Of a stretch of 64,000 nt of DNA, positions 38,159 to 50,100 are shown one piece after another; within the stretch, counting starts at the first letter, position 1, and every line of letters begins with the position of its first letter. Both the position numbers and the translations under genes were made by a program. The stretch is taken from positions 14,730,644-14,794,643 of the forward strand of contig CM120643.1 in NCBI GenBank assembly GCA_051362555.1, given 5' to 3'. The DNA is from Lingula anatina (lineage: Eukaryota > Animalia > Brachiopoda). Under the pieces are notes generated by a model. That model had not been told where the DNA came from. It was given only the letters and a program-made list of their open reading frames with translations, and did not search any database.

Positions 38159-40844
38159 CTTTCCTAAAATTATAAGCCAAGGTTTTCTATCGAATAAATT
38201 TTTCTACAAACTAAGACTGTCTGAGAAGAGTTTAGAGTGGATTGCACTTAATGGGTGCTGACAAGATGTTCAATTAAAATGGTTTGGATGGTTGGGGGGG
38301 GGGGGGGTGAGGAATCTGCTCAAAATGGGCGTCCTTGTATGGCATCTTTATTTATCCCACTTTCAATAATTGCTAACCTCGCCCAAGTATCGATCTCAGT
38401 ATTTTATCAATTTATCACTCTGACATCGGTCATCAAGGTTTTCCTGCTCGAACAAGTAAGTGTGACACTCGCTCTCGCCACCAACACCAACCAATTATTG
38501 AACCGAGCAAATAATTTTTTCCTCTCCTTCCATATTAGCAACTATAAAAAACCTTGCTCTATCCCATTTTGTTTTTCATTCAGTTAAATGGTTTATGTTA
38601 TAGGCAGCATTATGCACTAAACTCCTTACTTTGATCAAGGGCCTGATAATTATTGCACGTCTCATCAGGTATACCACGCTTGTGTGCGTACTCGTACACC
38701 CCTATCATCCCTCCGCCATGACAGGTGCCCGAGTCGCCACAGTCCAAGACATCTTGTACAGAGAGGTAGGCAGAGGGCCAGGCGTTCCCTCGCTTTATGT
38801 TGATGCGATCCGCCAGGGCGCTGGTTGTTCCCATGGCCCAACATGAACCACAGTCTGTACAAGAACAAGAAAAAATTTTTTTTTACAAATTTCATCATTT
38901 TTGAAATCATCATTATTGCTGAAAGTGAAAATTGAATTCTTTTTGACTGCTTAACTTATAGGGAGTGTACAAGGAACCCCTCTTGCAGGAGATACAAAAG
39001 AAAAGAGCATGTTTGATTCCTAGAAGACATTCAGAACATATGATCCGTGGTCTAACTGAACCACCAACAAACTATGGCTGACCCCACATAAAAAGCCATG
39101 CTGCTATTTCCCTGTTGATCTCCCTGCCTCCACACATGCCATTTAACAAATTAAATCTCAGCTTCAAGGGTTCATTGCTGGGCCCCTGCAGCAACAGCAT
39201 GTGTGGAGCCAGGGAAACCATCAAGGAATTAGAGGCATTGCTTTTTATATGGGGTCCGCCATATTTAGTCAGTAGATCAGTAAGTCCGCGGATCATCTGT
39301 TCTGTATGCGCTCTTAGTATCTAAAATGAGTCTATGGGAAAATACCCATAGGACACATGCACTAGAATATTCATAATGCTGTATTATGGTTGTGTCAGAC
39401 CCCATTTCCAGAGATTAGATCGATCTACTTTAGATCGACCTAACTCCCTGGGGGTTCACTCTAAATAGCTGTCAGCCGGGCGGGTACGAAAGTTAATTAC
39501 CCTCTTACAGCTTGTAGTAGGCGGGACGGACATTTAAGCCGGATTATCTAACAGTAATCTAGTGAGACTCCCCGCAGGGATAGATCGATCTAAAAGCTCT
39601 GGGAATACAGCCTTATACTTACATTGAGGAATGTGTTGATTCCTTGTGACAGACACAAAGTTTGTATTGTTCACGTTTCTCCAATCCCACGCCTTGGGGA
39701 CAGCCTTAATGCTCATGTACTCATGAGGTCGAGGGTATGTCCTATGTAAATACTTCACAATGTTAAATCAAAACATCACTTGTAGCACAATCTATCAGTA
39801 AGCAGGATGGCAGGTAGAAAAGAGAAAATTGTTGTACTTGTAGGCTAATATCTAGAAATGATTGGAGGGAGAATAAGGCAACAGAAAATACAACACTAAA
39901 TCTCACTGGCCCTTTAACTTTTTTCAAGCACCTATAAATTGTAAACCTGGGTAGTTACATGTACAAAATCACAAGTACTACTAGTACACTATAATACCAT
40001 GTGAATTTACCATTTTATTGTTTACTTTCCTCATATGAATTAGCTAGGTCAACTGAGGGGTCACATAATTTCACTGAACTCCAATTTATGCAAAAAAATG
40101 CAAAATTTCAGCAAGAGGCACTCATTTCAAAACATAAAAAGGGTGCAATTTACAACTGGTCTGACTTTAACCAGCACTGGGACTGGGTGTAAGCTATGAA
40201 ATGATTAATTTCCCCCTGAAATTTGATTATTTTAATGTTCAAAATGCCATGTCATGATCATGATTACTGTAGATCAAACTTGTAAACAAAAAAGTACACC
40301 TTGAGCACAAAAACAACAGCGGAATATATTGTACAGAGAATAATTAAAGTCAATGCAGGATCTTGCATTACAGGAGTATCGTCTCTGACCATTTAATCAA
40401 ATATCAAATAAAATATAATATTAATGCATAAAACAAATTAATTAAAAAAATAAATACCAACTATGGACGTTTTATAAGATAGCATTACTAGACAGTAATG
40501 CAATCTAAGTTATATCGACCTAAATTTCGAAAGTAGTAGTACAATGTGACAGAAATCTTTAAAGCAGAAATCATAAAACTAGTGCTGATATTCAGTACAG
40601 AGTCAGATGCAGAGATACCGATCTATTTAACGAAATTAACGGCTCTTACTGTACATATCTTGAGCAATAAATCTTGATCTTAAAATGATCCTTCAAAAAG
40701 AAAATATACTAACCTGATAGTTTGCTTCCCGATGTCATAGTTCCTGTCATAGCACGCTTTATTATGCTTTAGATACTTCAGTTCAGATGAAATCCCAAAA
40801 CACATAAGAGACAAAAACGTCGCGAACAACAAGCCGTTCGCCAT
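36180..40844 (-). CDS. CTSZ: Cathepsin Z/X (papain-family carboxypeptidase), 7 exons, 299 aa
   Basis: Exons 40844-40714, 39741-39623, 38854-38630, 38037-37887, 37453-37378, 36822-36736, 36290-36180; all GT-AG and in frame (900 nt). Signal peptide [20 protein letters not shown], short Cys-containing propeptide, mini-loop RNQHIPQYCGSCW, catalytic His (VNHIV) and Asn (RNSWG), C-terminus [16 protein letters not shown]. Confidence 0.96.
36922..37106. mobile_element. MITE family A, diverged copy in a CTSZ intron
   Basis: GAGCACAATCAGAACAGC..AACAGATCCGTGGAT ... ATCCACGGTCCTGTT..GCTATTTTGAATGGGTC inverted ends, similar to 21549-21821. Confidence 0.55.
38096..38155. repeat. (CA)n microsatellite in a CTSZ intron
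   Basis: Read directly from sequence. Confidence 0.95.
39023..39313. mobile_element. MITE family A copy in CTSZ intron 2
   Basis: GAAGACATTCAGAACATATGATCCGTGG...AGTCCGCGGATCATCTGTTCTGTATGCGCTC; same termini as 21549-21821. Confidence 0.7.
39397..39613. mobile_element. MITE family B copy in CTSZ intron 2
   Basis: Closely similar to 21826-22025 (TAGATCGACCTAACTCCCTGGGGGTTCAC...TTACAGCTTGTAGTAGGCGGGA). Confidence 0.75.
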
Positions 40845-40873
40845 TTTGCTTAAAATTACACCTCCTCGTGACT

Positions 40874-40897
40874 GTCATGTGAGATGAGTCATGTGAC
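40874..40897. promoter_or_regulatory. Two M-box/CLEAR-like E-boxes upstream of CTSZ
   Basis: GTCATGTGA (40874-40882) and GTCATGTGAC (40888-40897), 30-53 bp from the start codon of a lysosomal protease, with an overlapping TGAGTCA. Confidence 0.65.
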
Positions 40898-41515
40898 CAG
40901 CAGGTGTTTGTTGCCTGTTGAACCTGCTATGTAATGCGCGGTATCAAGTAACTAACTCTGCCCCCTTTAGCGGCAGTTATGTAGTAAATTAAAACATTCA
41001 GATACAAATAGCTGGTGATTTGAATGTCTGTTTCTCCTCAAATAGCAACTTTTATAGTAAGCAATGGTCAATATTAAAACCTGCCATTTCAATATTTCAT
41101 TCTCTCCTAGCCTTTACTGTTAAATCGTTATTTTATAATTTCTTTTCTTTCTTAAGTCTACAAGTACTGGTTATTGTAGTTCTTCATCCCTGCCTTGTAA
41201 ATTTGGATCGCCACATATGATGTTACATATGATTGTAGCCGTATGCTTCCTGATTTGTGTTTATGATGAATTTGTAAACACACCAAGAAGTTTTATCTCA
41301 CCGCTTAGGCCTATCTTGAGTAGGCCTACTTTATAAGTAATTTCACTAGTAGGTCCTACTGTTCATTATATAGGCTAAAGATATATATTTGTTAAGTCAC
41401 AACATACTGGAAACAAAGATCAATAACAGAATGGTAATGCCTCAATCGTATTGTTTTTATTATACATGTATTTTATTGTACAAGGTTATGATAATGTACG
41501 TAGGCCTACCAGTAT

Positions 41516-42129
41516 CACCCTGAGCTTCAGAGCTAACTTGACACTAACCTTTTCACTGTAGCCTATCTCCATCGTGTCAAGTAACCTCTGACGAAAATAG
41601 TTTGACCTATTTTATATAAGCCAATCGAATCCATGTTTCAAAATTTTTCACCAAAGTTTGGTGAAAACGCTGATTGGTTGATCGTCAATCGGCAATCCTC
41701 GGCTGATTCCGCAAGCTCCATACTAACAACTTAGTTATTGTCGAGTGCGGAGACATCCGAGTAGTTCCGAGTGGTTCCGAGTGCATAACCGTACACAAAG
41801 AAAGCATGGAGTATATCGGAATTGAAACCAGAGCAGTATGATGCCCTGCATCATTATCTACTGAGGGATGATGTATTTTGCGTGCTGCCCACAGGTTACG
41901 GCAAGTCCCTGATATTCAGCCTTATCTTTGATTGGTCCGGATTTGAACAAAGCGCGCTTTGACTCGTTCGCGTTCATTGGCTAGATCGTTCAATGAGTCA
42001 TTGAGTGCGGGCTTTAAATTTGATTGGCGGGCGGCGGGGGCACTCGAATCTGGTCAGAGGTTACTTGACACGATGGAGATAGGCTACATTGAAAAGGTTA
42101 GTGTCAAGTTAGCTCTGAAGCTCAGGGTG
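41516..42129 (+). mobile_element. Non-autonomous DNA transposon (~77-bp TIRs, 8-bp TSD) with RecQ-like helicase fragment; Academ(H)-like by inference
   Basis: TIR CACCCTGAGCTTCAGAGCTAACTTGACACTAACC...AGTAACCTCTGAC and its reverse complement ending at 42129; TSD ACCAGTAT at 41508-41515 and 42130-42137; 41822-41920 reads LKPEQYDALHHYLLRDDVFCVLPTGYGKSLIFS. Confidence 0.85.
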
Positions 42130-42264
42130 ACCAGTATAGGCTACAGCAATAAATTGAACTGAATTGGGTTGAATTAAACCTAAGCCGTCCATTAAACTGA
42201 CAATTTGCAGGCCCGTAGCCAGCAATTTCCAAAGGGGGTTATTTTTCTAAAAAAAAAGTCTCTT

Positions 42265-42310
<46 letters not shown>

Positions 42311-42597
42311 ACGGCCCGTAAATAGCACCTATAGAGTAAGTCTGGTACCCTGAATGTCCATGTCAAATAATAGGTCTTTACCTATAGGACCCTTAATCTT
42401 TTTATAGATTTCATATCTTAATACGATTCCAACCCTTATGTTTTGTTATAAGTTTGTGAGCAAAATTCTCTGCTCGTTCATTTTTCATATCAGAGGGTAT
42501 TGGGACACTATGGCCATCGGTGGCAGTAGACCAAAGTGTCGGTAGTCTGTCTAAATGCGCACATGTCCAGATATGGATTTAAATTTATTATAGTCTT

Positions 42598-43130
42598 TCA
42601 CGGTGCCAGACGCTCCTTAAAGACTGTGGCGACCAGATAAACGCAAGCGATGCCCATTATTACTGGGCTGACGTAATGCAGCACTGGCCAACTAGCCTGT
42701 TGTTCGTTGTCTGAAAGAGCAGAAATGATATTTTATCGAAATAGGTGTGAGAGTGTGCTATCTATTTTATCCTTTAACATCTTTTCTTTAAATCCTCAAA
42801 ATTAATTTTATCAAAATTGATTACACATTTCTAAACATGTGTCTATCGATTTTTACACAGGGTGGCTCAAAAGAAATCCCATCAGTTCTAATGAGGCAGT
42901 CTGAGCTAGTATAAGGCCGCATTCACAATAAAAGTTGATCCGCGGACTAACAGATCTGCGGATAAAATAAGGCCGACCCACTTAAATTTTTTTCATAATT
43001 CCCGCGCGGAATCTATTTAGTGTCTAAAAGGGGATTATGCGGCAAGCTTTCGAGTTAGTCCGCGGATCAACTTGTTCTGAATGTTCTGAATTAAGTCATG
43101 GCCAAGACTTCACGTCATTAAAGTTTGAGC

Positions 43131-43165
<35 letters not shown>

Positions 43166-44666
43166 AGAAAAGAATAAAAGAGAAAGCACACACACCTGTC
43201 CACTGACTGTTGATAGAGTCAGGAGGTTCATAGCTACCTGTAAATAAAGGGAAAATGAAAGTTGAGTAAACCAAGGAATCTTATCACAACCTACCTTGAG
43301 TAAACAGGCATAAGTCTTAATTGTTAAACAAAAAAGGTCTTTAAATCCACATCACTGAAAATGATTCGCGATATATTCAGTACTGCGTTGCAGGCTTTTT
43401 TCCCAAGCTCTGAAAATTTTGTCAAAGTACGTACTGAATATACCATAAAAATATTTTCATTCTGAGTAAGTTTTTGCTATGTTAAAATCCAATATAAACA
43501 AACTTACTGTATTCAGTAGACTCGCATCCAATTTTACGGTGCGTGTCGCCAGAGGTCCTCGTGATGACCTGTTCCAGTTTTGTCAGCGCCTCTTCATCAT
43601 CCTGGCTATCAAAGCGCAGAATTCTGTGAAAATAAAAATTTAGCTATTTTGATTTCAGCAGTGTAATATGATCTTTTCATCAGTATAACTTAACAGGTCA
43701 ACATGTGTTAATTCGTAGCCTTATATCTCCAGAACCGGCACGGATGTCATAGATTGGACTTTTTAATGGAGCCTTAAATTAATATTTGACCTCTGACCTA
43801 CTCTCAACATTAAACTGATATTTCTCCACAACTGAAACAGATACATCCATAGCTAAAAAAAGTGAAAAACTTACACGTTAACTTATACTAGTTACTACAT
43901 ATATAAAAATAATCGAATATTTGAAACCGATAGTTTTTTAAAAGTAATATATTCAATTCATATCACCTTAAATCTTAATGCGTGTGTTCTATTTTCTAAA
44001 CATAAAAAATATAACTTTGGTCTTAATCCAGTGCTTCAATCTGCCTACTTATGTATTCTCAGCTCCTGCGGTACTGGGCACTTCACGACCGCTATTGGTA
44101 TCAATCTTCGTATGTTACCCGTGCCTTTCATATCTAAGAGGCTGGAGATACATTGTAGGCGGGACCAACGGGCCCATCCACTGTCATTGGAAGATGGATC
44201 GACAATGACAATGTTGTACCTGGTAAAAGGAATGATACTTATGTTAATATCTTCAATTTTGCGTTCAGTGATATTTCTTGTAGATTGATTAAGATCAAAA
44301 TGCACAGTAGGACGCAGCTGTTATTAATGTTGATAATCTAAGTTACAATAAAAGATGCTACGAATAAGTAGTGGAGTAAAGGCGCCTTTCACCAATCTGG
44401 TTTTATCACGAGGGTTTACCAAACGCTGCACAAAATTATATACAAACTTCTATTTTCACTTACATTGAATTGTCCACACCAAATATCCTCTCATCGGCGA
44501 TAGCATTGCCTGGCAAATTATTTCGCGGGTAGAAGAAACCTCGAAGCCCTCGTGCCTCGAGCTTTTCCATCACATTCCGCCCAAATACGAAAGATTCGTT
44601 ATTATCTTCATCGAAGATGATATTGAAGTCGTACGTCATTTGGGGTTCAAGCATGACACCAGACAT
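42598..44666 (-). CDS. Single TIR-domain protein with predicted C-terminal transmembrane tail anchor, 5 exons, 214 aa
   Basis: Exons 44666-44464, 44219-44049, 43623-43508, 43237-43196, 42710-42598; all GT-AG and in frame (645 nt). CAAAATG start with an upstream in-frame stop. TIR-like elements YDFNIIF, LEARGLRGFFYPRNNLPG, NSMYNIVIV, SGWARW, RLIPIAVVKCPVPQELR. Last exon WPVLHYVSPVIMGIACVYLVATVFKERLAP. The last two exons are less certain than the first three. Confidence 0.75.
42915..43083. mobile_element. MITE family A, internally deleted copy in the last intron of the TIR gene
   Basis: GGCCGCATTCACAATAAAAGTTGATCCGCGGACTAAC...GTTAGTCCGCGGATCAACTTGTTCTGAATG. Confidence 0.7.
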
Positions 44667-44819
44667 TTTGACAAAACGGCTGATCCGATGTCTTTCGCCG
44701 TCCCCAAATCAGAGTCAAATCAGACGCCCGCGCTTTCTATCTGCTATGACACTACATAACTCGATGGACAAATAAACATGGACTATTAGGTAAGCGTCTA
44801 CAAATAATTTCTGCGGTTT

Positions 44820-45011
44820 TGAAAATCCCCAAATTAAATTACCACTTTATAGTGCTTGGTGTTAACGCTAAGAAAAGCCTTCGACTCTGAAGTAAAACTA
44901 TGATATCATGCCTTTTTTTGAAATTTTGAATTAATGTGAAAGTTTACAGTCGTGACTTCAAACAAAAAGCCACCCACATTACAAAAAGGGGCACTACCCA
45001 AGGAAATTCCA
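44820..45011 (-). promoter_or_regulatory. NF-kB/Rel-like sites upstream of the TIR gene
   Basis: On the - strand: GGGGATTTTC (44830-44821) and TGGAATTTCC (45011-45002), about 155 and 340 bp upstream of the ATG. Confidence 0.45.
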
Positions 45012-45093
45012 GGCTTGTATACATTGCATCATCGAGCTGGCCAAAATGAGTTCAACAGTCCAGTGTATTTTTCTTTGTGTGTTTATCGGTGCA

Positions 45094-45094
<1 letters not shown>

Positions 45095-45136
<42 letters not shown>
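45095..45136. repeat. (TTA)n microsatellite
   Basis: Read directly from sequence. Confidence 0.95.
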
Positions 45137-45629
45137 GAAAATGGCAATTCTTATTTAATGCCCTTATATATACAGAGAGAAAATAAGCATCTGAGTCTGA
45201 ATTTTATCTTGACTGGATAATTCTTGATGCCTTTGAAGTCACTGCCTTTTTGCCACTGAGGCCGACCAGTTGCCACCAGATAGTCACGAATATTATAACT
45301 AAGATAAATACCAGAAAAAATCGTTACATATTACCCGAAAATGTTAATTGAACGGATTTTTCTGCTTGCTTTTTGTGCTGTATACATGTATAAATGGGGC
45401 AGATAAGTAACGATGCATGTAGGTGAGATACGTACTGTAGGTGAAATTAACGACCTTTAAAAAGTATGAAGGAGGTGCAGTTTAAAGCTCTTTTATGGCT
45501 GATCTGATCGAGTAATTAATTCGGTTTATCCTGTGGTATCTCGACTTTATTTGGGTCATATAAGACACAAGTAGGGGGGGGGGGGGGCTACTTGGAATTT
45601 ACGCTCAACCGACCCGCAGTTGAAATGTA

Positions 45630-45797
45630 CCGGTGTGACAGGACTGGAAGGAACCGTAGTTCGTTTCCCATTACTTTTTACAGGTGACATTCGTCCCATA
45701 TGCCAACCTCAATACTCCGACTAATCCTAATCTGTAGGCCCACTAATCATAAGGGACCCCAGACTTCCATTTCTAGGACTACCATTCAAGTCACAGT
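45630..45797. mobile_element. MITE family D, decayed copy
   Basis: CCGGTGTGACAGG...GGAACCGTAGTTCGTTTCCCATTACTTT...ACTTCCATTTCTAGGACTACCATT; colinear with 46791-46949. Confidence 0.55.
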
Positions 45798-46790
45798 TTC
45801 GACTGATGTGTTTGTTTTCATCCCTTTCACAGCACACATATATTAACATAATTCAGATGTGACGCTAAGGCGACGTGTACTTTGGCAATGTGCCGTGATC
45901 ATTCACTGCGAAACACATAAAATTGCACTGTGCGATCTCCCCATTGTAATCACATGACACAAATCTTTGCCCCCCATTGTAGTTTTATATTCTATAGCAT
46001 CACCAGCGCTGCAGTCCGTACTACAGTGTATCTACAGGTACGTTTACAAAGAGAGATACTTTTGTTCGCGATTTTAGTAGGTCAACACAAGCGAAACACT
46101 ATTGATAAGGTTAATCTCTGGGCCCCTTTTGTCTTCATACCTAAGCTGCATTACCTTTGCTGCTTCTACATGTATAGACTGGAAAAATTACCGATCAATC
46201 AAATTACCCACTGCTGGTTGTTGTAAAAATGCCGTCTTTGGTACCAGATTTATTACCATCATTTATTTATTTCTTTTAATATTAGATTTAGCCGTCTTCT
46301 CAGCCACCAGATCAGGTAATCTTGAGACTACATGTACTAAAAAAACTATAAAATTGTTGTGAAAATCGACAATCGCTAACTGTATAAGCACACACACTAC
46401 ACACCATTCGCAAAGAAACTTTATTTCTAGTTGCAGGAGACTCGAATACCCAACATTCCACTCACTAGTTTAATTAAAAAATAAATATTTTAAGCAAAAG
46501 GGAATTTTTTCTATGTAGTTAGATAAACAATTGAACATCAGAAATAAATTCCAAATACACTCGAAAACAATGTAGGCCTAGTAGTATTTGGTAACGTAAA
46601 ACATGTCATTTACTATTAATTCGCATGTGAAACATACTGTAAAAGTGCTTCTGATTACTAATTTCTTATTGTAAAAATTGAAAAAATGGGCCTACTCTCT
46701 CTCTCTCTCTCAAAAAAAAAAAAAAAAAAAAAAAACTCTTTCTACAAAGAAAAGGAACAAATAATGTCACATGGCCATCAAGTGGTTACA

Positions 46791-46949
46791 CCGGTGGGAC
46801 AGGCATGGTAGTCCGCTAGGAACTGTAGTCCGTTCTCCATTACTTTGTACTGCATGGTGACATATGTGAGTCGTCCTATACACTATCCCCAATGCTCTAA
46901 CCTGTACTATTAACTTCCATTCCCAAGACTATCATTTCTGTCACACCGG
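46791..46949. mobile_element. MITE family D (CCGG termini, possible 2-bp CA TSD, CACTA/CMC-like)
   Basis: TIRs CCGGTGGGACAGGCATGGTAGTC / GACTATCATTTCTGTCACACCGG with CA on both flanks. Confidence 0.6.
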
Positions 46950-47167
46950 CATCAGTGCAGTAGTGGGGAGTTTGCCGGGAAGGCGCCACTTTTGAATTCC
47001 AATATTATATGCACTTTATGTCTGTTATAAATATTATCTTCTTTCCTGATCCAATTCCGAATACAGAACTTCGTGGTGATATTGTTGGTTAGAACACAAG
47101 ATACATCTTGTTCAGGAACTCGATCTTCAACGCTTGGTTGCCTCTTACGATAGTTGTCGAAAGGAAG

Positions 47168-50100
47168 CTACTCATCGATGAATCTTGATTTCGATTGGAA
47201 CTAGAAAGAGACGTTATTATCATTATTTATTTATTTATTTATTAAATTTGTACAGCTCCGATAAAAATAATCTTTCACAAGAATCGAAAAAAGTATAAAT
47301 GAAGACCAAGCAATTGATGAAAAGATTTAAAAATAACTTTAAGTTATTTTAATACGTACATGTGTCTGAGCGTGTTTTGTGAAGTGGTCTTCGCATGCCA
47401 TCCTGATTCTCTCAGCCGTGGCTGGACTGTCCAAACGGAACCTCCCTTTCAAACCGGACTCGGCTCTAGCGGACGATATGGCGTCTTTGATGGCTAAGAA
47501 TACTGCAGACGCCAGTAGCAGAGGAGGTTCACCAATTCCCTGTAAAAATGAAAAATTTCGTAATCAAACGGTCTGATGACTTAAATAGGCCGATTTTTCG
47601 ATTACACTTGCATTTTTACCAAACAAAACCTTCCTGCAAATTTTAAAGTAGTAGTGCTAGCTTGCAGCCAATGGCGACGATCATTTCGACGGCGATGAAG
47701 TCGACACAGTACACAGAAAATAATAATAATAATTCTTATTCTAATTATTATTATTATTCACATTTGTTTTCGGCAATGTTACTGTCATTGAATTTCCTTG
47801 TCACTTTATACTGGTGTGTTGTCACCTTAGAAGAGTAAACAGCTCTTGGATTGGACGCCCCTTTCAGGAAGGACACATTGAATTCTACAGGGATATCTGC
47901 GTAGCCTGGGATCTTGTACGTGTTTGGACCGGTGGTTACCATTTTTCCATCAGAAGTGTATCTTAATTGTTCAATGGTATATAGCCCATAACCCTTAAAT
48001 AAGATATATATATCAGCTGGAAAATCGGTATTTAACGCTCATTTGGAATTTGACATAAAGAATTTCAATTTGGAAGATATATTTATCTTTTCGGGCACAC
48101 TGAATGGTTAAAGTGCTTGTTGTCACTATACCTGTGCAAAAGCGCCCTCTATCTGTCCAATATCAATGGCCGGATTCAGGCTTCTTCCAACATCCATTAC
48201 AATGTCGGTTCGTAACACCTTAGGAATAGATTCGAATATAAAGAACTACATGTAGTATTTATGGTATTGAAAACAAAGAAGTGGCGACACTTTAACTTAA
48301 TTTTCTATGAACAGTTTTATCATTCTAGCGTGTCGACATTTTAAAGCCAAAGATATATCAAATTATCGTAATGTAAACTGTTTGAATTTGAGATGGGTGA
48401 AAGGCAACTAACCACGTGGTCTCCTGTAAGACAATCTATTTCCACCACGGAGCAAGCAGCGCCGTACGTATGGTACGCTTCTTTTGCTATCTCACCCTTT
48501 ATATAACTGTCATCCCATGTGTCTGGTACTCTACATGTTATTAGAAAGGAATAGTTTACAATGATTTAAATAAAGAACCCGAGAAGGCAGAGGACAGCGA
48601 GAACCAAAAATATAGAGAGCAAAATTAGCCATGTGAACTTTATTTCTCGTTTTGAATATATTAAATAACTTTGTCAATCATCTTTTATGTCTAAAATTAT
48701 AGTTTTTTCGTTTTAAAACGTTATTACCGATGCCAAAGAATGAAATTTCAAATGCATGCCTTAAGCAAAAACTCTTCCTGTAAAGTATGGACTTGCATTT
48801 AATCCAACGAGCTCCGTCTAAGCAAAAACTAGATAAGGTATACAGAAACAATATCTGATTGACTTTATGTAGGCGATTTTTCATGGTTCCCATTATTTCT
48901 ATGAGTTATAATCACTAAACTGAATATTCTTTGTTTATATATCCATTTAAATACAGTACTGGTTTCTTTACTTGTAGAATCCAGTCGCCGATAGGCTGAT
49001 CCTGTCCATGTAGGCAGCTTTCACCTAAGACAGAATTGGAAGCCATATTGTTTAAAAACACGGTTGAAGACAACACAGCATTACTGATAAGGAAATAAAT
49101 ATTAGTTTCGTTTCTAATCCATAGAAAAATAGTTTTCTGTCCTTATGGCATTTGAAAGTTTTGATATAGAAACTTTTTTTTTTAAATGTTTGAGTTTTTT
49201 ATTTCTCTTTCATTGTTTGTCTGAATAGCTTACCCAATCCTCCCACGTGCCACTTGGCTTTTCAGTGACATATGGAGCCAGTCGTTCTTTTAGTGCTTTG
49301 CAGGCGTTCTGGAGATATGAAGAGGGCATATTAATAGGATAAATCCAGAAATGTTTGTTTTTTTTTTCATTCCAATAGGTTAATCAACACGATAAATCGA
49401 AAAGGTACGAAAATAATTGCTATCAATTTCAAGCTGAAAGTACTTTCGCATAACCAGCTGCCTAGCTTTCAGCTGCATTCTCCGTTGCAAATATTTCAAC
49501 TTCAACGGCGCCATGATTCAACTTACCAATACCGCCATTCCAAAGTAATCAGTGCTTGTACTGGAATTTGTGGCAGTGGCATTGGGCACCGTATCGGTAG
49601 ATGTCTCGTTGATATGGATTTTCCGAACTGGGATCTGTAATGCTCGGCTGGCAATCTGGCAAAAAACAAATTCTTTAATATGTAATTATCTTACGGCTGA
49701 TAAGGAGCGTCAGTTTACTTTTTTGCCCTGCGTCCATCTCCTATTACACGAAGAAATATAGCAGTACAAAATTTAACTGTAATTATACAAAAAAAGGGTT
49801 AAAACACGCATCGTCCTTATTATAAATAGTGAAGCTAAAACTAACTGCTTTATAGTTGAACATTGTCGTAGTGAGTATGTTCAGCTATTACCTCAATGTC
49901 CATTCTTTTTCACGGATTTTCACGGATTTTATCCATTTTCATTGAGTGTATTTTCTAAAATTTTGGATCTATATTAGTAATTTTTCATTAAAACCAATAC
50001 AGAATATTATGAAGTGAACGGACAGATTGGATGAAGTTTTCATGTAAATTATCACACTACCTGTATCAACTTAGTGTGCAATCCTTGTCCCATCTCTACA

